A stretch of DNA of 64,000 nt. Source: Phoronis australis. Lineage: Eukaryota; Animalia; Phoronida. The stretch spans positions 1 through 64,000 of the forward strand of contig NMRA01000440.1 in the NCBI GenBank assembly GCA_002633005.1, given 5' to 3'. Made by a program: the position numbers and the translations under genes. Position 1 is the stretch's first letter. Every line of letters starts with the position of its first letter. Below are positions 21,075 to 32,078 of the stretch, piece after piece. The notes under the pieces were generated by a model, which was given only the letters and a program-made list of their open reading frames with translations, had not been told where the DNA came from and did no database searches.

Positions 21075-24000
21075 CTAAAAGAACGAAAACTTGCGGTCCG
21101 ATCTTGAAGACCAGACCGGGGAGGCCTTTTTCATAGGAGTGCTCAGGTACTTGTATACTGAGGAATAGTCCATAGAACCGAAGCCGTGGAGTTCCATCAT
21201 CTGGTATATTTGTGCTGCTAGTGCCCCCATTGGCGTGAGAGATTTTGTCATTCGTCCGACTTCCTGTGCCAGTTGTAAATCCTGAAAATGTTGAATTCAT
21301 AGTAATCATGCCAGCGATGTGTTCATTAATTAATAATGACGTGCCTTCAACGAAAAGCGATCTCGTGCTAATACTTAAATGTGTGACGTCATAGTGGAAA
21401 AAGCTGTATCACCGGGACAATTTTCAAAACAAATAGTTTTAAAGTCACGTTAAACACTGAGTTTGCACCAAAGCGGTTGATGGATAGTGTCAGTTATCCC
21501 TTGACAATGTATTACGTTTATTTCGTAATACATTGTGTTTCATCTTCTCACCATAGTGACTTATGGCGGCCTTTTTCACGCTCATTTGATACATTTCGTC
21601 ATTTTTGTACGACGCTTTAATGTACTACATGTAGTTATGTTCACGATGACGTCACACGGAAATGGACGAACTTGAATCAGCTTGCTTTTTTTCGGAAACA
21701 CAACTCTCAAATCGTATATACCACTCGAAATATGGAAATAACTCCAAAATCACTCAGGGTGCAGTACGGAGTGGGACTGTTCGGTACGTCATTTCCGTTA
21801 CCTGTGCCATATTTTCGGAAGAAAATCCTCCTTCGTAGTTATTACTTGCCGGTGTATCAGCTACAAGCCCAGGAACGGGGTTGTAATATTTGCTGGCCCA
21901 GCACTGAGCCGGTCCTGTGTTGATGACTTTATTAAGCAGTTCGGCTTCTACTCCAAGACTACAACACACCACATGGACTGAGGTAGAGGGGAGACTTATA
22001 ATGTCAACTGCTCCATTTAAACAAACTATAAACCCGCGCTTTTGATGAAGAACAATTGCCGCTGTCAGTTTGTTTCTTACGCACGTGGGAAGGGATTTTT
22101 TAAGTATGCATTGATCTGGCAATTCGTTATCCCATGAGACCAAGCTCGGCACATGAAGTGACACCGTGATATTAGTCAACTTGTAGAGTTTTAAGCAGTA
22201 AATAATTGTTCTTTCGAAGGCCTGAAGTTACCTCCAACTTGACTTAAGAATGATTTAAGACTCCAATTACATAACGGTTTAAATCAAAAGTTTTTTGTTA
22301 TGAAATGATTCGTGTTCATAAACACTTTAATTTTAAAATATGATAGTCTCCGTTGATAAAAGCAACGATGGATTTAAATCGGCTTGATATGTTTTGGCAT
22401 CCTCAGAAGCAAAAACAGTGGCCACCTTGTTAGGCCCAACAACAAGTAATGATACACAGACAGTCAGTTACAGGGGAGTAACAATAGACTAGACTAACAA
22501 TGACAACCTGTGGTGTGTCAGTTGCCTAGTTGAGACTGTGCTTACACCAATTAATATGCAGAGCCTCGCGAATTTTCAGCTCCCTTGTTGTTTCTTCTTG
22601 ATCTATTATAGCAGAGTCATTGAAAGAGCAGTGCTCATAACAATGATTGCAGCTCTGTACATGCATATTAATATGTGAACCTCTGTCACAATTTAAACGT
22701 TCCCAGGGCTGGGTTTTTATATGGCGAATTATATATAGTTTCGCCAATAAACGCCGAAATATGTCAAGCCTATTTAAGTCATCGTTGTTCTTGTCAACAT
22801 ATGCTGCTTCTCGCTATCGTGGAGATCAAATGGTAGGCTGCGTTGTCAATGGTTACCTATAGAAATCAGATTTTGGATTCGATTGAATTATTGAATTCAA
22901 ACATCTTTATCCACTCAAACAATTCTAATCTCGTGGCTTAAGAAATTTGGAAACATATTCCAAAGTAACCGACCGCTTTAGTTAATCTAGTTTTTGCCCA
23001 CAAATCAGTTTATTTATTTACTTACCTTTCACCTAAGTTCATGACCTCTGACAGACCAATCATGTTTATTCCTACCAACATGTTGTTGCATATTTTGCAT
23101 ACCTGTCAAATGTAATACAAAACAATACAACAGGTGTACATTACTTACCTGAATATTTGTTAAAGGCCTGTCTTAATTTTGACTTACAAATTGTAAATTC
23201 CATAGAAATATAAACCATATATCCACTATCGGATATTCCTTGTTCGAGATATTGTCAATTACATCATTTTTTGCCATAACAGAATCAAAAAACGGACAAT
23301 CGCCGCACAAATAAAAAAGTTCATATTAATTCGTCAAATTAATATAAACTTTTTTATTTTTGCGGCGATTATTCTTTCTTCGAGCGATTTTGTGAAATAA
23401 ATCAGCCTGGCCTTCATCACATCTACATNATTCCAAAGCAACCGACCGCTTTAGTTAATCTAGTTTTTGCCCACAAATCAGTTTATTTATTTACTTACCT
23501 TTCACCTAAGTTCATGACCTCTGACAGACCAATCATGTTTATTCCTACCAACATGTTGTTGCATATTTTGCATACCTGTCAAATGTAATACAGAACAATA
23601 CAACAGGTGTACATTACTTACCTGAATATTTGTTAAGGGCCTGTCTTAATTTTGACTTACAAATTGTAAATTCCATAGAAATATAAACCATATATCCACT
23701 ATCGGATATTCCTTGTTCGAGACATTGTCGATTACATCAATTTTTTGCCATAATAGAATCAAAAAACGGACAATCGCCGCACAAATAAAAAAGTTCATAT
23801 TAATTCGTCAAATTAATATGAACTTTTTTATTTTTGCGGCGATTATTCTTTCTTCGAGCGATTTTGTGAAATAAATAAGCCTGGCCTTCATCACATCTAC
23901 GGAAGCAACATGCCGATATTATTGGTCGGAAGCGATTTGACATTGAAGGTGCGTGAAACCGAATTTCCCCGATATTTCTCGAGACGTCGCGAACTTGCCA

Positions 24001-27000
24001 CTCTCTTTGAACAATGTGGTTACTAGGAGCCTATCCCTTTGCCATCGTAGAAAACCCTACGTTGCAAGTTCATTGCCTGTGGTTCTCTTTTATCCGACTT
24101 ATCCTCACCTGTTGGGATCTCAACCACCCCCTAACCCTATACGTTACACCCTGACTAGAACCACGAGCACTTACCTGCCCCATTCCAATCTGACCACAGT
24201 GGATGAGTTGGTGACCAAGGCAAGACAGCAATTCGACTGCGTCGAAATAATCGGACTTCAAGCCACCGACTAAAAACTTTAAACTTTTATTTTGGGCGTC
24301 AAATACGGCTGAAAAAGTAAAGTTCTGCCGATGAAGCAAATACCTGTGGATTTTTTAATTCGTTGTAACAAGGATACTCCCATAACATTGCTTCCATTCC
24401 ATGTACTACGAGCAATGTCACTAATCGCACGTGGGGCGAGATTCTAACATTCAATTTCAGAAGTAACGGTTTCGTAAATATCTGGGTCTCAAGGAGTAAA
24501 ACTAATGCTGTAGATGGTAATGTCTTCATATCGTGTATCCGCGTCCTGTTTAGGCTACGCTAGCTATCGTTACTAAGGTGGTCCATGTGAACTAATTCAC
24601 CATTCGCAGTACAAAACGTAGCCTACTGTAGAGCAAATACCGGCAAATATAAAATCAACTTACATCCTACCGCAGGTGCATCGACAAAACTGGCACCCTT
24701 CTTGGACGTGAGGTATCCAATGTGTTGAGTTGCCGACGGGTCGGTAGTACTGCAGTCAATTAGTAGCGAGTCGACACGAACAGTACTGAAAAGTTGCACA
24801 GCCTAACTAAAATGTAAATATGGGAGGCACAGAGCGAACGCCCCATGACATTGAGGGTGGGGTTTCACTACTAAGGCCGCATGACACAAATCCCGAACCT
24901 GAAATGGCTAATAATTTACGCCTTGTGTTGTCGCTCATTTCACTTTTGAGAGTAAAAAAATTCCCTGAATACGACTTCGGTGACAATGTATAGCTGCTCG
25001 TTTACTGTGGAACTTATGTAGGAATTCATATACGTGGACATCATCGCTCCAGAACGTTGGGTTCGCTTAAGTAACTGGAATCTCGCGTAGATAAAATCAT
25101 TAAAAACACGACTTTGAAGATTTTGTGAAAACGGACACTATGAATGCCTTTCAACATATCCCTCTAGTTGTGTTTATTACCGTTTCTCGTTGGTCATCTC
25201 TGAATGGCACTTTTATTTTATCAACTACATACTCAGCGACTGGAGCTCTCTGAACTTGAAGGTGAAGGCGAAGCATTTCCAAATCGCGTTTAAGTGAATT
25301 AGAGTGTTTACCTAAGCAACCCACTGCCGCCTTCAAACACACTCTGTACTTCTTGTGTCGAAGGCAGCATGGTTATGATACGACGACATCTTTGGGCTAC
25401 CTCTGCTGCTGAGGACGCCGTGAGAGGTGACCCTCCTGAAACACAATGCGACGAAAGTTTACCATTCTCAAGTTTATTATAAATTCTCATTTTTGTAGAT
25501 CACTTTAGTACCTAACTACATTCATTTAACAAAGGAAACTAAGTCATGGAGCGTTTGTTGCAAGCCGTATATGCGTGCATTTAGAAGCAACACGCAACAA
25601 AACTCTCGAGTACAACCACATGCACACATTCTGTGCTGTTACAAGACGATATATAGATTTCGACGCGTAATCAATTCATAATCAAATTTCGCCGCTGCTT
25701 GCCAGACATGCGTTAAGTGCGACTTGGCTCGGCCACAAGAGCCTGCTGAGCTAGACCGGTGCGGTTTCAGGTCGACTGCGAGCTGGTAGGCCTTCGATTT
25801 CAAAAGCAAGTCTTTGCGCTGACAGTGTCACGTTTAATGCAGTTATAGAAACTAGCACAACATGGTGTGTGTGGAGAGATATAAATATCGCCTCAAATAT
25901 GAAACCGAGCAACATCTGTTCCATAAAAAGACGAATCGCGGCTCCCCGGATTCATGCGCGCACCCAAGGGGACTCGAAAGACCCTCCCCCCATTTGGCGA
26001 AACAAAAATTTCTAGAAAACGAGATATAAGTCCACTACAAAGGCGCAAAACGCACAATTCATAGCACGTGCAGCTCCGTGGTAATGTTTTTTTAGTCGAC
26101 CGACTATTTTGGTATGTAAAGGTCCAAATCGCCAGAAATTCGAGCCCCCCCCCATATTGAAGGCTGTGTGTGCGCATGGGATTGATGGTCTACTGCGAGT
26201 TTCATTTTGGTGCTTTTTAGAGGATTAATATACCGCAATGTACTTTATTGCGTTTGGTTCCTGTCCAGATAGTTGGACGATGTCTCAACACTGATGAGTC
26301 AAAAGCAGACTTGAAACAGGGGTGCTTTCCGTTATTTGTTTTTCTTTTTTTATTTTGCCACCCTCCATAAAAGTGTCCAAATCTTACGTAATAGTGAATT
26401 TGAATTATACTCCATGCAAACGGTGGCGTAGAGTAAACTGGCTTGGCATTGATTACAGTGCATGCCGCTTACCTGCACCCCGCACGACAGTCTCCATTGC
26501 TGCGGGCATGATGTCGTAAATCACCAGAGGATAGCCCTTCTTAGATAGATTGATAGCCATGGGAGCTCCCATCTTTCCAAGCCCAATAAACCCCACTGGT
26601 TGGTAGGACACCTGGTGTTTTGTCATAAAGGATTATTTAGATTTGACACAAATTGCTGCTAATGAGCATTCTGTCATAAAGAAGCTTTCTTTTTAGTCCA
26701 TGTGCCGTTCTAAAATGTGTCTTAATTCCCTCAGTTTTTCAAATAAGAAATTATTTTAGTTTTCGGAAGAATCAAGACATCGCGTTATATTTCGAGACTA
26801 GACTCGATAATTTTGCTTGACCCAGAAGGACGTGTAGTGTCTCGAACCTACGAATGAATTCTGATACCGTAGTAAAAACATTTTGAGACCAGTTTTATAA
26901 CGCTAATTATTTAAATCAAAACTTAATACTTCTGGTCGAAGGTGGAAAAAAAGCAATTTAAAAGTTCTGATAAATAAAGTACTGTTTTAAAACGGCATTG

Positions 27001-27655
27001 AACCTGTTAAAATTAAGTTTCGAAGCTACTCGATTGAAAATTTTTCGGTGTAATGATAGTTGATATTTCTGTGCTTGGCCAGACAATACGTTATTACTCT
27101 CAGCCGATCATTTAAAAAAATTTCAGGTACCACTGTTTTATGACGACCAGTCGAGCGATCTGGGTAACGAAGACAAAGTCAATTTTACCCAGCCAGAACG
27201 GCACGTGACTTTTAGTACTGTCAAAACTTGTTTTTTTCAGCCTGGAAAACTCGGGCTCGTTCAACCAAATTATTAACGACTTCTCCTCCAGCTCAGTGAT
27301 GCCGTGTCAGTGCACTTAAAAGTTCTTTCTTGACGATTTGCTTCAACAACAGATTCTCAAAAAGTTTTCGAGTGTGTTTCATATCTCCCGCCGCATACAA
27401 TTTACGAGTGCCTAATCTAGACACTTATTCGTGGCCTGAAACAAATAATAATCTAGGGTTCAGCGGGTTGGGTATACCGCTTGAGAAACTAGTCTTCATC
27501 CTCCTGCAGTCAAAATGCCATGCTAAGCCTGTTCTGCGCTCTGATAAGTTTTAATTTGTCATGTTTCCGTGTGCTAATGAACTTAAAGCCGCACGGTCAG
27601 TAACAAGCAAGCAAAATTTTCAGTAACGTAAAAAAAGCTAGAATACACTTACCAT
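21075..27655 (-). CDS. HIBADH: 3-hydroxyisobutyrate dehydrogenase-like protein (divergent paralogue). Exons in transcript order: [27653-27655 ATG, putative], 26473-26611 (or ATG at 26626), 25312-25435, 24664-24785, 24175-24308, 23499-23575 (duplicate 23026-23102), 21802-21958, 21075-21281
   Basis: Rossmann GFIGLGKMGAPMA, IITMLP, LLIDCSTTDP, FVDAPAVG, FLVGG, HCGQIGMGQVCKICNNML (catalytic Lys), YNPVPG..NNYEGGF, DLQLAQ..DYSSVYKYL. Phases are consistent if only one copy of the 77-nt exon is used. The N-terminus is less certain. Confidence 0.9.
22480..22750 (-). mobile_element. Penelope-like GIY-YIG endonuclease C-terminal fragment
   Basis: SHINMHVQSC..IIDQEETTRELKIREALHI..SLN matches the usual PLE EN tail pattern (REALHI..PSLN). 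Confidence 0.65.
22958..23900. repeat. About 470-bp direct duplication across a single N (23429), containing a HIBADH exon
   Basis: 22958-23428 and 23431-23900 are near identical with a handful of SNPs; offset 473. Confidence 0.95.
25953..26178. mobile_element. MITE, same family as 16593-16821
   Basis: Termini CATGCGCGCAC / GTGTGCGCATG; GGATT on both sides. Confidence 0.8.
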
Positions 27656-27740
27656 ATTCAAGAAACGTTAATTTCAAAATGTTAAACCTACTACTCAAAA
27701 GTCAATATTGTGAGATGCCTGGCAGGCAGGTGGCTTCCTT

Positions 27741-27754
27741 GTTGCCATGGTGAC
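27741..27754. promoter_or_regulatory. RFX X-box upstream of the putative HIBADH-like first exon
   Basis: GTTGCCATGGTGAC is a near-perfect match to GTTGCCATGGCAAC; about 85 bp upstream (minus strand) of ATG|GTAAGT at 27655-27647. Confidence 0.6.
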
Positions 27755-29106
27755 CTGAAAGATAGGCAAAAATAACATTGACTAAAGGGGTATTTTGGTA
27801 AGTGGAACGTGCAAGTTGTCATGCGCGGTGAATTCCACAAGGGCTTTCGAAACCCAACACATTCCGTGGTGCATGTGGCCTGTTGCCAGTCTGATAGTAA
27901 CATTTTCACCAAAATTCTGAGGTTCTAAGGTGATCCCTATGTGTGTCACGGTGATGTACTGAGGTCATTCTGTTGGCAATTTTTGTTCTCCTGTCAGCTA
28001 AGAGAAAAAGTCAGCATGTAAACATGCTCGAATGCGGCAACATATTCATTTGCTATAAATTGAAGAAAAGTAAGTAAATGTTAAAGAGTTTTAGAAATAA
28101 ATTCGGGTTAACGGCAACACCGCCTACCAGAGAGATAGACTAACGAGCTCTGGCTTGATGGTCACTGGAAAGTAGGCCCTACACTTGGCAGCACGCTTGT
28201 ACAATCCAACCAATCGCGTGCAAGATTTTGATGTAGTCCGCAACTGGCGGTCTTTTGAAAGAAAGACAACATCCGGTTTATCATTCAGACCGACCAATTC
28301 AACGATTCATAACCACGTATCTGGCTTTCACATTTATTTTCGTTTGAAGCTCTCGGGTTGGGTGAGTGTAATACGACAATAGTCGTGTAACTAATAGCTC
28401 TAACTCTGTGTAGCGCTGTAACAGTGTTACTGGAACTCTAAAATGTCTGTCACTGTCACTGTCAGACTAGCTGTATGAAGACTGTCGTCAAAATACAGTT
28501 AGGTACCACTGTGTGTATTTCTTCCGTAGACGACGGAATGGCACACAGCCAGGGTAGTACTTCTCATCACCTCGCCCTGAAACTTGTATCAACATGTGAA
28601 GCTAAAGACCGGACGGGGTACATGCGAAATCTGGGAATCAACCGACACTCACCTTGCCCGTTACAGCCGTTTAAGTGAAAAACAATGCAATGAACATCAT
28701 TTTCTTGCGTAACTCTCCGCCTTTTCTAACAGTGAAAAGTATATCATCGTTTTGAAAACAGTACACTCGTGTTACGCACACGCGCCATTTCCTAAATTTT
28801 GCGACATCTCTCAGGAGATGGTGATAGCTTAGCAGCAGCAAAATTTCTTTTGAAATTAGTTTTTTCGGTATCAAAATTCTAAAAACTTATAATGAAGGGA
28901 AACCAGTTCGGATAATTTGTTGTGACATGTATGCAACCTCATGAAATCATGGTCCAGTGCAGATTCATCAACACATTTTTGCAGATATGTTTTTGGGTCA
29001 AAAAATGAGGTGTACATTTGGCATGTGTTAACTAAGTTCAGTAAGGACATCTTCTATTAATTATCAGGATCTTTTCACTAACTTCGTTGTCCCTCAACTA
29101 AACAAC

Positions 29107-29255
29107 TGTGGTAATAGCCGAGATTATCCGACCCGGGAATCGAACCAGCAACCCCCATAAAACTGGCAAGCGTGCTAACCATTCAGCTAATAGGCAATTG
29201 CCCGTTAGCAAGTAGCTAACAGAGGCTCATATGATTCACCAGAAGCACATCTACA
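29107..29255 (-). mobile_element. 149-bp solo LTR containing a tRNA-derived sequence (Ajax-like)
   Basis: TGTGGT...TCTACA termini; ACAAC TSD (29102-29106, 29256-29260); minus strand has A-box TAGCTGAATGG and B-box GGTTCGATTCC. The right part is repeated after the N at 29261. Confidence 0.75.
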
Positions 29256-30576
29256 ACAACNGCGTGCTAACCATTCAGCTAATAGGCAATTGCCCGTTAG
29301 CAAGTAGCTAACAGAGGCTCATATGATTCACCAGAAGCACATCTACAACAACCACGACTTTAGGGCCTCATTCAAAATGGCCGGCGATATCAGCGACCGT
29401 TTCAAAACTCTGGTTACGGAGACAAACAAGTATTAAGCTTGTCAAAACACGTATATTTGTGAAGTCTGATATATGTCCATGACATCACATGAGCAGTTGC
29501 TAACGGACATTGGGTAGTACAACAATCAACTGCTTATTATGGGTGGGTGTATGAAGAGAAGAATAAAAACTTTGCTAACCACAATTTTACATATACCCGT
29601 TTTGTTGCAATAGTTGGCTACGGGCATAGATCATTGGGCGTAGGGAACATCGGAACAGGAAAGTGTCAGTTCTGGGCTATATCGGTCCCGGGGAATATTG
29701 TAAAGCATCGGGTCTTTCTTAACCGCCGGGAATCCATTAAGTTCATTGTCAAATAAACCATTGGCACCCGGGTGCTTAACAGAGCCAAGCTGGTATACTC
29801 TTTCATTTAGGGCTGTTGCTGTTCTCTTTTGATGTGCAGCTTTGGAATCCCGCGTGAGTTCACATCCTTGAATCAGACGACTCCCATGTTGCGCACGTAG
29901 CCCCAGAAACAAGTAAAGGGTTTGAAAATTTCTTGGAGACTCAAAAACTACTTTGCTGAAAGTAAAGACGTAGTCATCGTTTGACGATGAATAGGGTTGT
30001 CATTTTCACGAGACTTACATTTCTAAGTCACGGTCGTCCGGTCTGCCGGGACTGCTTGCGCACTAACAACGAGACCGACCAGTGCTGCAGTGCGATATCG
30101 GGTTTTGTCGTGGTTATTTGACAATAAGGACATCTTACGTGAAAAGAAATAAGTTTTTCCACCACAAAGTTTGTCAAGTTGATTGTCTAAGAATTAGCAG
30201 AAACACCGCTATTTTGTGGCGTTTCATCACTTGTTATGCCTTTCTTCGGCACAACCGGAAATTTTCAAAAGTAGCAGAAAATGTTAGCCAATGAAACGCA
30301 ACATACTTACAAGTCATCGGGGGGGCTCTTCTCAGTCGTTTAGTGTTCTTTTGAACTTGATTCGGCAACAACCACATAACGGTCGGATTCACACGTGTTG
30401 CTTTATATTTGCCTGGTATCTGCCGAGAAGTGACTCAGCTCACATGCATTGGAAATTCTAGGACGCATTTTGCTACTTGATTCGAGCTGGCGAAAATCTC
30501 AGCTCGCATTTCCAAATTTCAGGTCACAAATGCGACCTGCAGCTTGTTATGTCGAGCCCTAACAAGACACAGCTAC

Positions 30577-30804
30577 TGTGGTGAACTCTTGCTAAAGCCT
30601 ATCGAACCCCTTATGGGCTAACTCATACATAAGAGGGCCGGGCGCTCACCTGCATTCTATATGTCCTGTCTAGTTGAGGTTCAGGTCTTCAACTAACTGC
30701 CAGCTGCAAATACTCAACTAAAAAACCACATGGGTTACCAATATAACTGAAACGAGGCTGTCTCCTCCGAGCATAGTGACCCGGAACTTTGTGTTTTCAC
30801 TACA
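30577..30804 (-). repeat. Gypsy 3' LTR
   Basis: TGTGGTGAAC...TTCACTACA; by hand count 18 substitutions and one 12-bp indel versus 36265-36504. Confidence 0.95.
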
Positions 30805-31028
30805 CTCCTCCCCCTTTTCTTTAAAGGTGAGGTACACACTATAAAGTCCAAAAAACAAGGAGAGACTCCTAGTGCTCAATCCTGACAACTGTACAAAAAT
30901 TACAAAACTACCTTGAGATCCCACTCAAGCTAATGATCATATACCTCTTCATGAAAACTTATCAATAAACGACCAGACAGAATTTCTGTCGCCACTGAGT
31001 ATTAACAGTATGAATGTACACAGTCTAA

Positions 31029-31568
31029 GGGCTGTTCCAGTAAAATCTGTATGGGAGGGGGGAAGGCACCTTTTTTTCGCACCCACCACCCATATTTTTC
31101 ATTTATTTCTTCAGCCTACCACCCGTAATTTTTTATAAGTTTGAAATGCAACCACCCGTAATTTTTTTTGTTCTTGTAGTCGACTGCATAGGCGCTTGAG
31201 TTTATCTGTTCCTCCATCACCACTAACGTTATTCATTACTAAGAAAACATTATGTTTCGTATATATGGTTATTAAATGGTGTTATGGGCATGCCGATGAG
31301 GAGATCGGAGGGAGTGAAAAAGTCGGAGCTTTTTGCAAGTTGCATTTTTGTTTCAGTTTTTGATTCTGTGCGGATTGTTTATAAAATTTACTAAAATTAC
31401 CCACCATCAAACATTTATGGCCCAATGAAACAACAACGACCTGTAAATTTTTATTTTTTTGAAGAACGACCACCAGCCATTTTGAATTTAAATCAAACGC
31501 AACCACCCATAAATTTTTATTTCAGTTGCCTCCCCCCCCCTCCCACACACATTTTGCTGGAACAGCCC
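31029..31568. mobile_element. PIF/Harbinger (Tourist-type) MITE nested in the Gypsy 3' region
   Basis: TIR GGGCTGTTCCAG / CTGGAACAGCCC with TAA TSD (31026-31028, 31569-31571). Confidence 0.88.
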
Positions 31569-32078
31569 TAAGTAAACTTAAGTTGGAATCTACTAAAAAC
31601 TTCTAACAAAAACTTCGTATGGTCCCAATTTGACCCACTTAAACTTAGATTAGGTACTAAACTACAAACTAATAAAACACGGCGAGGAGTGAACTCCTGT
31701 TGCCAATGTATACAAAACAGCGAGGAGCAAGCTTCTAGTGCCAACCACTGCATTAGAGCAATGACTCCTTAATGGAGTCCACATAGGTGATTGAAAATCT
31801 CCAACAATCTCCAGTGTAGGAGAAGAGCTACACTGGACACCTCCACTCCTTTCTGGTACTGATCCGTCACTAAGATGTCGCAGGCCAACTTGAAATCTTG
31901 TACGTGCTGGATTTTAGATCCGGTGATTACACGTTAGGAACACGAGGGACAATAATAATCGATGTTCGCAAAATATTGTAGCGTCTTCGGCATACACAGT
32001 AGAACGAAGCTCCGAAGCAATATCTCGTCCAGCTGCCATAAAGTCAACCTTTCGAATTGCAAACAATTCCTTGGACAC

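Noticed and set aside
29262-29352. Tandem second LTR of the tRNA-containing element
   Set aside because: Exact partial copy directly after a single N, including the flank; best explained as contig overlap.
28126-30018. Upstream coding exons that might give HIBADH a mitochondrial presequence (MPVANYCNKT-DRQLRTTSKSCTRLVGLYKRAAK..)
   Set aside because: Splice sites are plausible, but the exon ends in phase 2 and I found no downstream acceptor that keeps the frame open into the dehydrogenase; left unresolved.
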